Origin: Mesotaenium endlicherianum
Taxonomy: Eukaryota
Direction: 5' to 3'
NCBI GenBank assembly: GCA_009602735.1
Contig: WELA01001939.1
Span: 798,629-862,628, forward strand
DNA length: 64,000 nt
Below, piece by piece: positions 24,250 through 37,642 of the stretch. The first letter of the stretch is position 1, and every line of letters starts with the position of its first letter. The translations under genes were made by a program, and so were the position numbers. A model generated the notes under the pieces. It saw only the letters and a program-made list of their open reading frames with translations, was not told the DNA's origin and searched no databases.

Positions 24250-26203
24250 TCAAAGAATAAACACCCTTCTTGTGTGATCCACTTTGACTTGTTCTGATAG
24301 CATACTCGCCTCTCTCAACAAGGAGGCAAGCCCAGCTTTCTTTACTATCCCACCTGCTCCAAGAACTTTAGGCTGGACTGAAGGTAGCTGCCAGTCTAAA
24401 TTCTGCACCCGCATTTCTGTGGCACAGCTTTTCCTCTCTGTCTCCTCGGCGACTGGCATCAACCTCTTCCCCTCATTTTTCTCAAAGTTGGCTTTCAGAA
24501 CATCTGTCCTGTCTACCATGGGAAACACTTTCCCCTTGTAAATGACAGCATCCACGTAGGGACCCAACTCTAGATCCAAAATAATTGACGCACTCTCCAC
24601 CCCCCTTCCTTCCAGTTTGACATCACCTGTCCCCTTGATTGACACACTCTCGAAGTCCCCAGACTTCAGTCTCTCCATGCAGCCACCATAGTTGTACCCC
24701 GAAGAGGGAACCTCATTAATAGTCCTCTTGTAGGGTGCCAGCCACTTTGCTCTCATGTACTCTGGCTTTCTCCAAGGGGGTAGATGCATGCCTCGCCTTT
24801 TCAAGGACCTCTTTGCAGACTCGGTCATCAAGTCAACAAGCTGCTGTATCCTCTCAGCCTTGCCGACAAACAGAGCAGGAATGGTTTGAAGCGCCAGTGA
24901 GTACTGGTGAGTAGGCCTGGCCACCTGGAACTGCGCCTTGAAGTCAATGTCAACAAGCAGCCTGGTCTGGTTGTGGTATGTGTCACTGATGACATCGATA
25001 TACTCGTAATTACCTACAAAACGGAAGCACGAAGTTAGTACCAGGCATACAGAGATGGACATGGGATAACAGTATACACAGGGACAGAAGTTGCTATGTA
25101 GGCACCACAACCAGGCGATAATGCTCACCTCCAGGAAATCCTCGTGAGTGATCCCATCTTGACTTGCAAATGGCAGCATTATAGCCGGCGTGCCTGAGAC
25201 GTGCCATGACAGCTCTTCTTATGCAGCTACCAGTGCAATTTGCAACATCGTCTCGGCAGATATTATCCTCCTCTTTCGCAGACCGAACAGCTCTGTTCAT
25301 ATCAGCCAAAAGGCTCCTCTCTGCGGTGCTGGCACACTGCGACAACCCCTGAAAACAAGAAACAGTAACGTCAATATACGAAGTAATGACTAATCCACAC
25401 TATACTGAAACAAACAACATTCCAGAATTCACAGCTTCACATAAACAGTAGTCTCACACTCGAGAGGCTCAACTGTGCCGTCAATTAAGACTTTACCTGT
25501 ATAATTCGTACGAGCTCCCCACCACTGCAGCCCTCGTCGTCATCACTGCCCATGAAGCTGCAGTCGCAGCTAGTCCCATTCTCACAGTTGCAGCGAGCTC
25601 GGCCGCATGTCTTCCTCTCTGCCTCGTCTTCAATGAAATTGTGTACCATGGCAGCCAGGCACACTGAATTCGGCTCGTGTTCACTTCCAGAGCTGGAACA
25701 GAGATCAAAAAACTCAAGTGAGTCGTCTGAGATAGTGCATAGTTCAGAAGCTACCAAATCAGCACCCAGCTTTCAACATGAGCATTCAGCTGCAACATCT
25801 TTTCAAATTGCAGCGAGAATTGCAGCCCAGCTCCTAGCCCCTTCATACGAAGGAAAGATGAACATTTCGTGATTCATTAGTCGTACCTGCTGCCTGAGTT
25901 ACTGCCAAAATGTTCATATTGCTGACTTTGGCAAAGGCGAGCTTTGATGGACTGCCCAATGGGATCAGTGACCTGCTTTGATCTTCCTTGCTGACTTGGA
26001 GAATCACAAGGAAGACCGGTTTCCATAATTCCCAAGGTCTGATTGACTGTAAGAGGAACAACTCGTGTACCCATCTCTTTCCCTTTTCTTGCAACACAGT
26101 GGTCCTGAAAGACTTTCTCGAGCTTCCCACCAGCAGCTTCGGTTGACATGTTCTTTTCTGATCTTAGCCCCCCTAATATTCTTAAATTGTGAAGGCCTGG
26201 CAT
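24250..26203 (-). CDS. DUF506 family plant-specific protein (PD-(D/E)XK-like)
   Basis: Exons (start)-25887, 25692-25497, 25348-25129, 25013-24250 (phases 2,0,1). Motifs KQVTDPIGQSIKARL, SGSEHEPNSVCLAAMVHNFIE, CGRARCNC, LRHAGYNAAICKSRWD, GGNYEYIDVI, RLLVDIDFKAQFQVARPT, SLKRRGMHLPPWRKPEYMRAKWLAPYKR. The start codon is uncertain (26203 or a downstream in-frame ATG). Confidence 0.92.
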
Positions 26204-28621
26204 TCTGACTCTATGTAGGCTTCCAAGAGGTGACTAATTCTAAGTTCCAACTAGTACTGTTTGATCATCTATACAACAAGTCCCACTTAGATGCGATGAA
26301 GTGCGCTGTGCTCATATATGACGCCTGTTGTCGACACTAACCCGCCGGTTTCCATAACGATGCGGTTGCGTGAAAACGCAGCCCAAGTTACCGGCGCTGG
26401 CGAGGGGGGGGGTTGATGCCCCAGGGGCCAGGAGCATGGTTACCTGCATGCCAACATGACGGCATCGCATATCCATTTAAGGGAGCATCAATCGAACTTG
26501 TGCCTGAGAGCAGTCCTCATTATGCCTGCGCGCGCGATGACTTGCTGGACTACGTAAAACAACGTAAAAAGCCGCATAAAGAACTTGCTGAGAGATACGA
26601 AACGCCACCGTGGCAGTTTTCTCACAGCTTGCGGTTGGAGAATGTCTTCACTTTCACCTGCAGCGCGTACGTCTTCGAGCCGCATTGTCATACCGGGGAA
26701 GTCCCGCACGGGTACACGCACCTGGAATCTTAGGGGGCGAGCGAATAATAGATGCCAGATGCCGACAAGAGCTCTTCGTCTTCGCGTGACACTGTAGTTG
26801 CCTTCCAGCGGTCACAGGTGTCAAACATGTATGTGCTCGTCCTGTGACCCTATTCGCTTGTTGACTATCCCGCTTCGAAGCTCGAATTGACTGCCAGTCA
26901 TGACTATGGTGCATCGACGGCCAGCATGCACAGTATGTTACAAAGATATCCAAATGCTTAGGATCACTTCGGATATGCTGAATCAGCTGGCTCCTCACAT
27001 CTTGGCTACATGTATATTCGGACAAGCACTTACCCTCGATATATGCCTATTCGTGAGAACGGCAGATCCAGTGAAAAAGCATGACCTTTCGAATTTTCAA
27101 GGTCATGCAGCGACGACTCTCGTCAAAATTTGACGTGGATTAGATTTTACCCAATGGGATCCAACTTGGCAAAAGAGCTCTGTGACATGTGAGAGATTAT
27201 TGAAGGCCAGCTTGAGCCAGCTGGTTCCTTGACAATTTAGTAGTCAGGACAAGTCAGGAAGTACACGCGGAGTGAAGTATATGTCAAGTTTAGTCTTTGG
27301 CCAGCGTGGGCCAGCGCCATAACCTGCCTTCCATTACCCCACCACATGACCACTACCAGCCGACAACCAACCAGGAAACAAGAGAGACCGCATTTCTTGA
27401 CGTTTTCGGTAAAGAAAGACTACAAGGGAGACTGCATGGGCCTAGAATTCAGATTCCAAAAAGAGCCCGTCAAGAAAATGTTACGCGCTTTTGAAGGATC
27501 AAGAAACGGCAACGGAATCAGGAACTCGAAACAACTGGAATGTTATCTGGGAAAGAATGAATTTTGACGTAAACCTTAGGGTGTACTTTTAAAAACAGTG
27601 TAAACAAGCACAGCGCATTTCATTCACGCGGTTGTAATCGACCTTCTTAAATCCTGACGCGGCACCCATATAGCGGGCTCTAATTTGTGAAGCAGGATAC
27701 AGATATGCGCTACATTTTGAAGGACAAAATATTCTCAATGCCAAAACGTTTTAGTAATGTGAGTACAGTGCACTGCACTACAACACTTGGCTGTTTCAGC
27801 TCCTTCGACCTTTCTAGCTTCTGGTACACTTCACAAAACATATTGGCTGCCTGCAAGACCGATTATTCTGCTTCAAAGTGGGCAGTCAGTGTACGAACAG
27901 CCATAATATACACGTCCGGAATCCAGATTGAAACAGATTGGGCTACCCGCGTGTCTGATGTGTACTGCCCATGTCTATCACAAGCGGTCAGGACTCAGTA
28001 CAGTACCTCTATAATGAAAAAGACTATTTACAGGTTCTACAGGAGCTGATGCTCTTGATTTTTTGAGGATTACGTGCCCAGCATGACAGATGCGTAAGAA
28101 AGTGTGCTATTGACCTGGTTCCGCACGACTTCACGTGAATATCAAAATGGTGGCTAATCGGCTTTAGGAAGCAATATTCGACCACGTTAGCATTCACGCT
28201 GTTTCGTCAACGAAGATTCAGAATGATTCAAGAAGATAAGCTACAACCCGGCAGCTCGAGATTGTCCTGCCCTTCTTGACCTTTCAACTTGCTCTATTTT
28301 GAGTGACTGCGGTCGCGACTCGCCCACCATCTTCGACTTCTTCTCGATAGAAGATGCCATCCAAAGCCGAGAATCAATTACTTGGACGACAGTGGTCGAG
28401 GGCAACTTTTCAGTGCGTCGCGGCTTTGTTAAGTTAAGCCACCCACTTCAGCACTACGATAAGCGGCGCCGGATAACGGCGGACATGGTTCCCTATCAAA
28501 TCGACTATCAAATCATTGCTGCATAGTGCTGCATGGTTACGTGCTCGTCCAGCAAGTCGGCTTGGAGCAGCGTCAAGATACCCTGAGCGGCCTCGGGCTA
28601 GTAGGCTAGTAGGCATGGGTC

Positions 28622-28677
28622 GGGACTCGGGACTCGGGACTCGGGACTCGGGACTCGGGACTTGGGAGTCGGGACTC
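28622..28677. repeat. (GGGACTC)x8 minisatellite
   Basis: Eight 7-mers, six perfect and two with one substitution. Confidence 0.95.
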
Positions 28678-31202
28678 GGCATGGATTGCCCGAAGGTCGC
28701 AGCATGTTGCAGCATGTTGCAGGCTTGCAGCATGTTAAGCAGCTCGTTGATTGAGTCGAACTTTTTTTAGCCCGTTCGAGCACAGTCGACTGCAGTCGAC
28801 CCTGTGCCGTGCGTAGGCCAAACGAGCCAATAACAAATGACTTGCTTAGAAAATGCCAAATTTCGAGATGGGCGGAGCCGTTGGAGAGTCGAGACTCGAG
28901 AGTGAACACTGTCAACTGCCAGATTCATTGAATGTAGAATCTGAATGTGACAGTGTTCCTTCTCAACCCTGGAAGGGGGGCTACAACTACTGACGACTTG
29001 GAGGGGTTCGGAGGGGGTTTGGTGGGAACTTAAGTTGCGTGGAAGAGGTCCGAAGTAATGAACCGAAGATATCGTCATGAGCACACACGTTCACACGAGC
29101 AGAATACGCTCGTCGAGACAAAAGTATAACAGCCTGTCGACTCCGCGTGCGAGTGAGGAAGTGGAGCATGCGACTCGCGCAAGGTGAACGACGGCCTCTA
29201 AACACCTCTCAAGTGTGATAACGTTAACTAAACCTTTGCAAATTGGCGACTCAAGGTGCTGCCAAAAGGCACATAATACATGCATTCATGGCTACATTTG
29301 AGAAAAAAAATGGCAAACATGATAGCAACATGAACACGACGGGGGGCAAAATCAACTTCATCAGCCATACGTCGACTACAAACTTGCCATCAGGCGTTTC
29401 AAACAGCCACATTTGTCACTCAACAATGCAGCTATACTTGAAACATGGGCGCCTCAAGAAAACCCATTGTGCGTAGCTTTACGGCAGTTGGTAAACAAAC
29501 TCATACTAGAAAGTACTTTTAAAGTAACACAATTTATCAAGTTGACACAACTTGACAAAAAGTTTCAAGTGTGCTCAATATACAAAATGGACGCAAACAT
29601 GAGATTGTATGAGTTCGTTCAAAAGGACTTGAGAAGTGTCAAACAATCCCTGCATTGCTCCTTATTGCAGTCAAATTGAACTTTGTGGACAACTCATTAT
29701 CGACCTACAAACTCTTTATGCACTAGTAGAATTGTACATATTGCATTGTGCACAAGCGTTCCTCTTACTTTTGAGCTAATATCCCACATAAGTCTCAGCA
29801 CAAATATTTCCCACCTTGTACGACAGCCAACAGTCTCCTACATCACGTATACTTAGCACAGTGGCAATTATTAAACATGTGACAAGACCAAGGTCTACAA
29901 AGTATAGGAAGAAGGCCGGGACACCTTCCTCTCGGCGGATAATCAGACTAGACTTGTAATGGTCGGTGGTAGAAGTTTTAGGTGACCAGAGTCTATGGGC
30001 AAGCAATTGGGCACTTCCGGTGAGTACAAGTCTAGACTTCGGGAAGCTTGTACTTAACATCCAATATTTCCAAGAGGCGGCATTCAAGATCAAGAAAGTT
30101 TCAGAGAGCGAACGGAAATAGGCTTTTCATTTAAATTCGAACAGACATGTAAGGACTAATGGGGATTCAAGTCTCCAACAGTCGCTTCGATAGTGGTTGG
30201 ACGAGTTGACCTCCCTCTCTAACCTCTCTCTAACCTCTCTCGCTCTGAATTTATTTTCTCGATTTGGCGACTAGGAAACAACTCGTTATTAATTGGAAAC
30301 TCGTCGTGATTGGAGTACAACACACGGTGCTAGGGAACCACAAATACTGCGTGGCCACTCACCATCTACCTTCCCTATGTATCGAAGTTGGCTTGCGATG
30401 ACGTGGCCTTATGGTGTGACCTCCTCTCACTAATTTATGGTTAGTCAACCGATGGTCTCCATAGTAGCGGGAACGGCTCGTGTTGACCCCAATATGCGAT
30501 GGCGAGGCGCATGTGGAAGTCGGTAGTCAACACTGAGTGTGGGATGGCTCAAGGCAGCTCAAATGCGACCTCTTGAGCAGACTCACAGCCATTACACTCC
30601 ATGTCTGAAGTCTCCTAGCTTAGTGACCCTCACCTACCAACCCACCCCCCCCTTTCCAAGCAACTAGTATCTAGGCAGGACGAATGGGATCAAGTAAGAC
30701 AGGATGATGCCTGACAGTGCCGAAACAAATTTCAATACTCACGAGAAAACTCCTCAAACTCACGAAAAGGCCACGGCAAATCCGAGCAGCTGGATGATGG
30801 TCGCAAACTTGAACAAATCACAACGAGCCACGCCACACCTTCTGACGACAAGTGGGAAAGCAACAACTTGCCAAGATCCCCCCGCGGCCCGACGACTTAA
30901 GCCAAGTCGAAGGAACTCGGCCCAATCGACTACGGTCGGCTCGTCTCGGACCACTGACAAATTTTGTTTGTCTTTAATTATTTTTAAATTTGGCTTGGAT
31001 TGATTAGTCGACAAGAATGTTACGTTAAGCACATAACAAAGTTGAAAAACAACCATGATCATTTTTCGGAAAGATCTGCTCAACTTTGTCAATCCAACAG
31101 TTTTAGATAAATCTTCAGCTCTGAATTTTCGACGGTTTGGGCCATAAGGGGAATTTATTGACCAAATCTACGCTTTGAAAATAATTTGTCTACATCCACG
31201 CC

Positions 31203-31901
31203 TGTAAGGTCATAAGATTGTAGAGAGCATTTTTATGGTCATTTTGATATAAAAGTCGTTGAATTTGGTTAAGTATAGAGAAAGTTATGAATATCTGGAG
31301 TTTTATTAGTTTTGAGGTCGGTTCACGATTGTCCTTAATTCGCGGCGATTGTGACCGTCAAACTGACTGACAGCGTCGAGCCATCTGGGCCGTTAGGGTG
31401 AATTCAAACCTTCACGTTATTTCGGCTGACGCGAAGTGCCGACTAGGTCGACTTGACTAGAAGTTCGGATGAGCCTAGCGCGCCTAAGATAGAATATTCT
31501 AGAAATGTCGATGCATGTATGTGGACAAATCGACTCGGCACGTTAGATCAGGCTGATCTGGCATACTCACAAATATTCAAAAAAGGACAATTTGACAAAC
31601 ACTTCGAAATTTCGTTGCTAAGCGGTCCTCCCTCCTAGGGGCGAGCGGACGTCATAGAATACTATAAATAGGCATAACTTCTTCGTTATTGATCAGTTTT
31701 CACTTCTGTAAGTTTCTTCGGGTACGTGATGGCAAGGCCTTTCATCCTATTTCAATTGTGAGCACTTTTTTGCTACTCTAAATGTTCAGTAATCTTCCAA
31801 AGCTTTCTTAGTGACATGCTGCAACACTCTTTAATATAGTTGCAACTAATTTGTTTTCTCGTGAGTCACTACGCTTCCACTAGGGCACTCCGCCCCTTTC
31901 A
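31203..31901 (+). mobile_element. Solo LTR, family A (Ty3/gypsy), 699 bp
   Basis: Begins TGTAAGG, ends CCCCTTTCA; perfect 5-bp TSD ACGCC (31198-31202 and 31902-31906); alignable along its length with the LTR at 35834-36562. Confidence 0.93.
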
Positions 31902-32069
31902 ACGCCCATATCTATGCCTTGATGTCCACGCATTTTTTCACAAAGTCATAGTAAATACGTCGACGCCATGGACGTAGACATGTGTAGATTGAGTCTCCCT
32001 AACTTTATTTGACGTTTTACTTTCGACCACTTTCAGAGTGAAATTCGTTTTTATAACAAGTTTGAGGAA

Positions 32070-32730
32070 ATGTATTTGACTATAATCAATCAACGTATTC
32101 TTAATTTTATCAATTCAGTAAACATTATAATCGATCTTTTAAAATATAATTAAAACTTAGAGCATAATGACTCAGCCAAGGGTAGCAGGCTGCATATAAC
32201 TTTAGTCAGCTTGCTGACACATTTTTTTGAAAACTGGTAGATCGCCGTAAGCAAAACTAGCAAGTTGCCTAGCTATGCATCTATTGTTATTTACTTGATA
32301 AATGGCTAGATGACACCTTAGGCGGATGGCAATTCGAGATGAAAGAAGTTAAATGTGAATTTGGTTAGCCATTATCTTGGTGACGAAGTTAACTCTCGAG
32401 AAAGGCGGTGCGAAGTTAACTCTTGAGAAAGGCGGTGCGATTGTATTGCCGCTGTGAAGTCATTCCATGTACATTTACTAGAGTTGCTATCGAGTTTAAC
32501 ATTAAAAAACAGGCCAACTCTTTGTACAGACTATTAAGAGAGTAAGTGAATCCAAGGCTACAAGCCTTTATACAAATTGTTTACTAACCTTGCTTGGGTA
32601 TAAATTTAGAGATTGCATAATTGATGCACATTACTTGCATTTGACTTGTAAGCATTGCTTACATTTTTAGTAGTTTGCTTTTGGTGTTTAATGAGTTGAC
32701 CAAAGATACCATAAATTTCACTTGTTGATA
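32070..32730 (+). mobile_element. Degenerate LTR, family B
   Basis: Shares TAATGACTCAGCC..AGCAGG.TG..GTCAGCTTGCTGACACATT..ATGGC.AGATGACA..AATCCAAGGC..TACCATAAA with the LTR at 63162-63882 and the copy near 45081. Contains a 27-bp tandem duplication near 32385-32440. Ends approximate. Confidence 0.75.
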
Positions 32731-33092
32731 TGGGTGTCGTGCGTTAAGGGCTTGGGCATGCATCAACGACATAATAAGTACAAGTAAAGTCTGCAGGCTT
32801 TGCTGCAATGAAGTCTGTAATACATGTGAATTTATAGCGAAAATACAAGGCAAGATCAAATAATTTTATGAAAGAGTCTGTTCTTATCAAAGTGAGCACT
32901 TCAAGACTGAAAATTGAAAAGAGAAAACAACTATTGACGTATGGCCCAGAAGATTACTAGAAGCACATTGGATGATCTTTGCGGAGTGGTTCCATGCAAG
33001 GGTTTAAACTGTGACTTTGCTCACCACTTATGAAGTTCCAAAACGACTGGAAACTAGCCTATAAGAGGCTAGCTTGCTCTTCACAAGAGAGA

Positions 33093-34620
33093 CTAATGGT
33101 CCCTGGAGTACTCGGGCCGCCGCAACATTAGGAAGTTGACCAACAGCTCTTTAATCTTGTTGAACGTCGCCTGTTGTTCGGGACCCGACACGTAGGCCAC
33201 CCTCTTCTCCAGCATATTGTTGAGCGGCTTAGCGAGCTCGCTGAAGCCGGGCATGAAGCGTCGGTAGTGTTTAGCCACTCCAAGGAAGGTCCTCAATTTG
33301 GAGATATCTGTAGGCGGCGGGATGCCTGTGATAGCCAAGATGTTGACCCACTGCGACGCCAATCTGCTAGTGCAAAGAAGGTGCCCTAGGTACTCCACCT
33401 CCCTCCTACCTAGCGGGCACAAATGGCACTTCCTTTTAGCGGCTGCCAAGTGCTCTAAGACTGCGGAGATGTGCTCTAGGTGCTCCTTGAATGTCTCACA
33501 TAAGATGAGCATGTCATCAACGTAGCACCGAGCAAAGGGAAGCCCTGCCAGCTCCCTGTCCATGACTCGCTGGAAGGTGGCGGGCGCGTTCTTCAGGCCA
33601 AAGGGCATCATCTTCCACTGGAAGTGCCTGTGAGTACCTCAAAACATCGACTTGTGCCTGTCCTCCTATGCAATGGGAATCTAGTCAAAGTCCTGCCTCA
33701 AATCGAGAACGGAGAACCAGGTCTAGCTGCCTACATCGTCAAAGATCTCATTGGGAGTACGCATGGGGTAGCTGTCGTGCTTGATGACCTTGTTCATAGC
33801 ACGATAGTCACCACACATCCTCTCTTCATACTACTGATCAGAGGTGTTTTTCTTGGCTGGCATGATGGTGGTGGGAGCCGCGTAGTCAAAAGTCGACTGC
33901 TCAATGAGGTTGGCCGTCTCCAACCTCCTATTCGCACGTCCACCAAGTCGTTCTCAAAGTTTCTGAAACAATACTTCTTCTAGAAAATGGACTCGTCCGT
34001 CGTGAGTGGAAGCTTCATTGGAAGAGCACTATAGAGCTTGAGCTCCCTCGTGCTGCTGGCAAAGTTGACGTCGCGCCTCGCATCTAGCAGCGCTGTCAAC
34101 TATGCAGCCTGTGCCTCAGTGAGCGTTCTCCCTAGCTTCGACATAGGGACAGCCTTAATCATGGAATACGTAACTGAAGTATACGTATAATGATGAACTT
34201 ATATATATTTTATGTATATACGTATGCATGCGTAGAAATAATACAAGATATACACATGATATACACGAATATGTATTGCAAAAATACGTGTAAAAAATGG
34301 AAATACGCGTCTTATACGTTTTTCGAGATTCTTGGAAAACTTGGCAGGGCTTATAACTTTCAAACTGCTTAGAAGCTTTGAGCGCAAGTGGTCGCAAATG
34401 GTAGAGAACTCAATATGCTACCATGTGAAGGTGGTGAAAGCAAAAAAATCATTATAACATTTTCACTTCGCCAAAGATTCCTTTTTACCTCTTCAAGACG
34501 CGTAATTTGAGTATTTTGAAAATACGTCAAAATACGTGGTGATATTTGTCGCTCACGAAATAATACGTGAATATCTCATAACGGGGGGGACAGCTGGTGA
34601 AGCCTCTTGCCTTGCAACTG
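33093..34620 (-). pseudogene. Ty3/gypsy pol remnant (reverse transcriptase) with stops and frameshifts
   Basis: YAAPTTIMPAKK..RMCGDYRAMNK..DSYPM..LDLRQ..MMPFGLKNAPATFQRVMD..CYVDDMLI..VEYLGH..LRTFLGVAKHYRRFMPGFSELAKPL. The frame is continuous across the 34154-34586 insertion. Sequence up to about 35830 may belong to the same element. Confidence 0.9.
34154..34586. mobile_element. AT-rich non-autonomous insertion with 8-bp TSD (hAT-like MITE candidate)
   Basis: Flanked by GGGACAGC (34146-34153 and 34587-34594); removing it restores the pol reading frame. Rich in ATACG/CGTAT motifs; TIRs are weak. Confidence 0.7.
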
Positions 34621-36599
34621 GCCTTGCCTGCCTTGCTATTGGCGTCTCCTCCTTGCAAGCTGCTGCGAGCTGCACTGCGCTACCAACCTGAGGACAAAAG
34701 CAAGAAAAAGAAAAAGGGGACTTGTACTCTCTGAGTTGTTGAGGCTCCTCTCTTCTCTTTCCCCCCCCCCCAGCGCGTCAGAGTCAAAGTCAAAGTCATA
34801 AGTGCAAGGTGGTGAAGGACCGGGAGGCGAGGGCCGAGCACGCTGAGGATGGGGAAATCTTGGAGGGAACCTGGGTGGAGGGGTAGCGAGATTAGGCTCA
34901 AGGGCTGGCCTGTCGTCCTTGTTGTCGAAAGTGCAAGGCTCTTCGGGGTGACGTGTTGTTGCATGGAGAGGGGTGCGCCTGCGTATGATGAAGAAGCCAC
35001 GTGAGAACACTGGCGTCAATTGCCTGGCCCAAGAGTTGGACGCGGTTGACCTTGGTAAGGCAGTCCAACAGTGTGAGGAGAGGAGGGAACCCCATCGGGC
35101 GCTCCATCTCCTCGGCGAAGGAACTTGACGATGGCTAAGTTGATGATTATGCCACGCTTGGTGTTGACAAACGCCTGGCTGTCAAAACGGATCACACAAA
35201 GGTGGTGAGGGCAACACAAACCTCACTGACCACCTTGCACTAGGCCTGGTTACGATGCGGCATGAATGCCACCAGCTATGCCAAGAGCTGGTCCTCCAAG
35301 ATGGCATCAACGATGTAGTCGTGATGAACGTGGGCGGCTGCCAGGGCCTCCAGTGTGCCGGGCATTGCCAGGTTGGTGAAGTAGGCAAGAGACGATGGGC
35401 AAAGGAGCCAATCCGCGCTGTGCCAATGACAACCTCGCATCTAACGTAACGGATGCATTGATCAAAGTCATGGTGCACGTGCTTGCGATCATCGTCACGA
35501 ACGGCAACATTAGGCACAATTAAGCTGGGGACGCATCACTTTGGCGGTTTGTAGGTAGCTGCACCAGCAATCCTGGGCCTCTAGCATGATTAACTGGGGG
35601 ACCGGCTCAGCAAGACACTGTGCTGTGCATATTGCAAATGCTTGCCGCTCGCACCGTGCCGCCATGGTCTTGCAATGAATGTGGTACGCCACTTGCTGCA
35701 AGACAGTTCGTTGCCCATCATAAGAATTTTCCTCTCGCTGCTGCATGTGATCTCTCATTGCCACTGCGGCAAAGAAGGACTCAGGTACGGGAGAGCCTAA
35801 TCAGGGAGTGCGAGCGTGAGGTGGAGGACTAGGTGTAAGATCATATGTGCATTTTTGAGTTTCATGAAAGTATGTTTTGATTGCATAGAAAAGCAGATTG
35901 CAATTTTGTGGTCATTTTGATATAAAGTTCATCAAATTTGGTGAAGTATTGAGAGAGTTACGGATTTTTGAAGTTTAATTAGTGTTGAGGTTGGTTGACG
36001 ACTGTCCTTAATTTGCGGTGAGCGCGACCGTCGGATTGACCGACAGCGTCGAGCGATCTGGCCCGTTAGAGTGAACTCGAACCTTCACGTAAGTTCGGCT
36101 GACGCGAAGTGCCGACTAGGTCGATTTACCTAGAAGTTTTGATTTAGCCTAGCGCGTCTAAGATAGAATATTCTAGTATTGTCGATGCATGTATGTGGAC
36201 GTCGATTCGGCCCGACACGTCAGATGAGACTGATCTGGCTTACTTACGAATATTCTGGAAGGGATGATTTGACGAACACTTAGGAAAATCCGTAGCTTCC
36301 TCCTCGAGAGGAGCACTTAGGCAAAAAATTATAAATAGGCATAACTTCTTTGTTTCTTATCAATTTTCACTTCTGTAAAGTTCTACGGGTTTGTAATGAC
36401 AAGGCCTTTCATCCTAGTACATTTGTGAGCAGTTTCTTATTACTCAAAAGTATTTTTCCTAAGCTTTCTTAGTGATATGCCGTTGCACTCTTTAGTATGA
36501 TTGCAACTAGTTCCTTTTCTCGTGAGTTACTACGCTTCCACTAGGGCACTTCGCCCCTTTCATCTGGTATCGAAGCTGGGCTAGATTGCATATTATATT

Positions 36600-37631
36600 A
36601 TGGAGTCGCAATCGGCAGCTGGAGGAGGCGAACATGTCGAGCATGTCAAGCGCGCGGGGCAGCAGGCAGCACCAACGATGACCAAAGAGCAACAAGAGCT
36701 GCAGGCGATGCTAAGGCAAATGGCAAATGCAATTGGAGGAGAAGTCTACGCCCAATTTCAACAAAATATGCGCGCGGAGGTGGAGAGACTGGTGCGAATT
36801 GTTGTTGGAAACGCCGCTTCGACGAGTTCGCCACCTGCACCTGTTGTGCCACCAATTCATGTTAATCCAGTTGTGCAACCAGTTATTCCACCCGCATCAG
36901 GAGTGCGTGCGCCTAAGCCTGAAGTTTATACTGGAGAGCGTGGATCGCCGCCCGTTCATCAATGGATTTTTGGAGTGAAGAAGTTTATGGAGTATTCTGC
37001 GCTCACGCTCGACAGGCAAGTCGCCTTTGTCATAACTTTGCTGAAGAAGAGTGCTGGCGCTTGGTATGAGCGACAGGAGCAGCTGTCTGGAGTTCCTGCT
37101 ACTGTTGATCAGCTATTCGAAGGCTTGAAGAGGCAATTTCAACCTATTGCACCCGAGGCTACCGCTCGAGATCTATTGGTGCGCCTTCGTCAACGAGGAA
37201 GCGTTCAGGAGTATGTATCGCGCTTCAACGAGCTGGTGCTTCAATGTCCATCCATGCACGAGTCGGAGATCATGGACAAGTTTAAGAGGGGACTCAAGCC
37301 AACTGTGGCCAAGGAAGTGGCGCTCAAGGACCCTACCAGTCTTGGAGATATGATGGCATTGGCAACAAGGGTGGACGCTGTGGAGTATAGTCAGAGGCAG
37401 TGGGGCAGCCACAACTTTGGAGGAAATCGACAGTTTGGTTCTCAAGCGCCAAGCATGAGCGGACAAGGTCCAGTACCTATGGAGTTGGGACTTGTGCAGT
37501 ACCAGCGCAGGCAGCATAATTTCAAGCCGAGAGGACCCTGCTATAATTACGGCAAGCTTGGGCACCTGGCTCGAGACTGTCATGTGAAGGTGAAGCAACC
37601 TCAACAGCAGAAAAAAGGAGGACGCCAGTAA
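36600..37631 (+). CDS. gag: Retrotransposon Gag (343 aa)
   Basis: PKPEVYTG, SAGAWY, LRQRGSVQEYVSRFNEL, FKRGLKP, GPVPMELG and a degenerate zinc knuckle CYNYGKLGHLARDC (second Cys replaced by Tyr). Confidence 0.9.
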   Translation: MESQSAAGGGEHVEHVKRAGQQAAPTMTKEQQELQAMLRQMANAIGGEVYAQFQQNMRAEVERLVRIVVGNAASTSSPPAPVVPPIHVNPVVQPVIPPASGVRAPKPEVYTGERGSPPVHQWIFGVKKFMEYSALTLDRQVAFVITLLKKSAGAWYERQEQLSGVPATVDQLFEGLKRQFQPIAPEATARDLLVRLRQRGSVQEYVSRFNELVLQCPSMHESEIMDKFKRGLKPTVAKEVALKDPTSLGDMMALATRVDAVEYSQRQWGSHNFGGNRQFGSQAPSMSGQGPVPMELGLVQYQRRQHNFKPRGPCYNYGKLGHLARDCHVKVKQPQQQKKGGRQ

Positions 37632-37642
37632 GTCGTTCTAGG

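Noticed and set aside
26413..26733. 106-aa ORF upstream of the DUF506 gene
   Set aside because: No recognisable motif or splice structure; probably promoter sequence.
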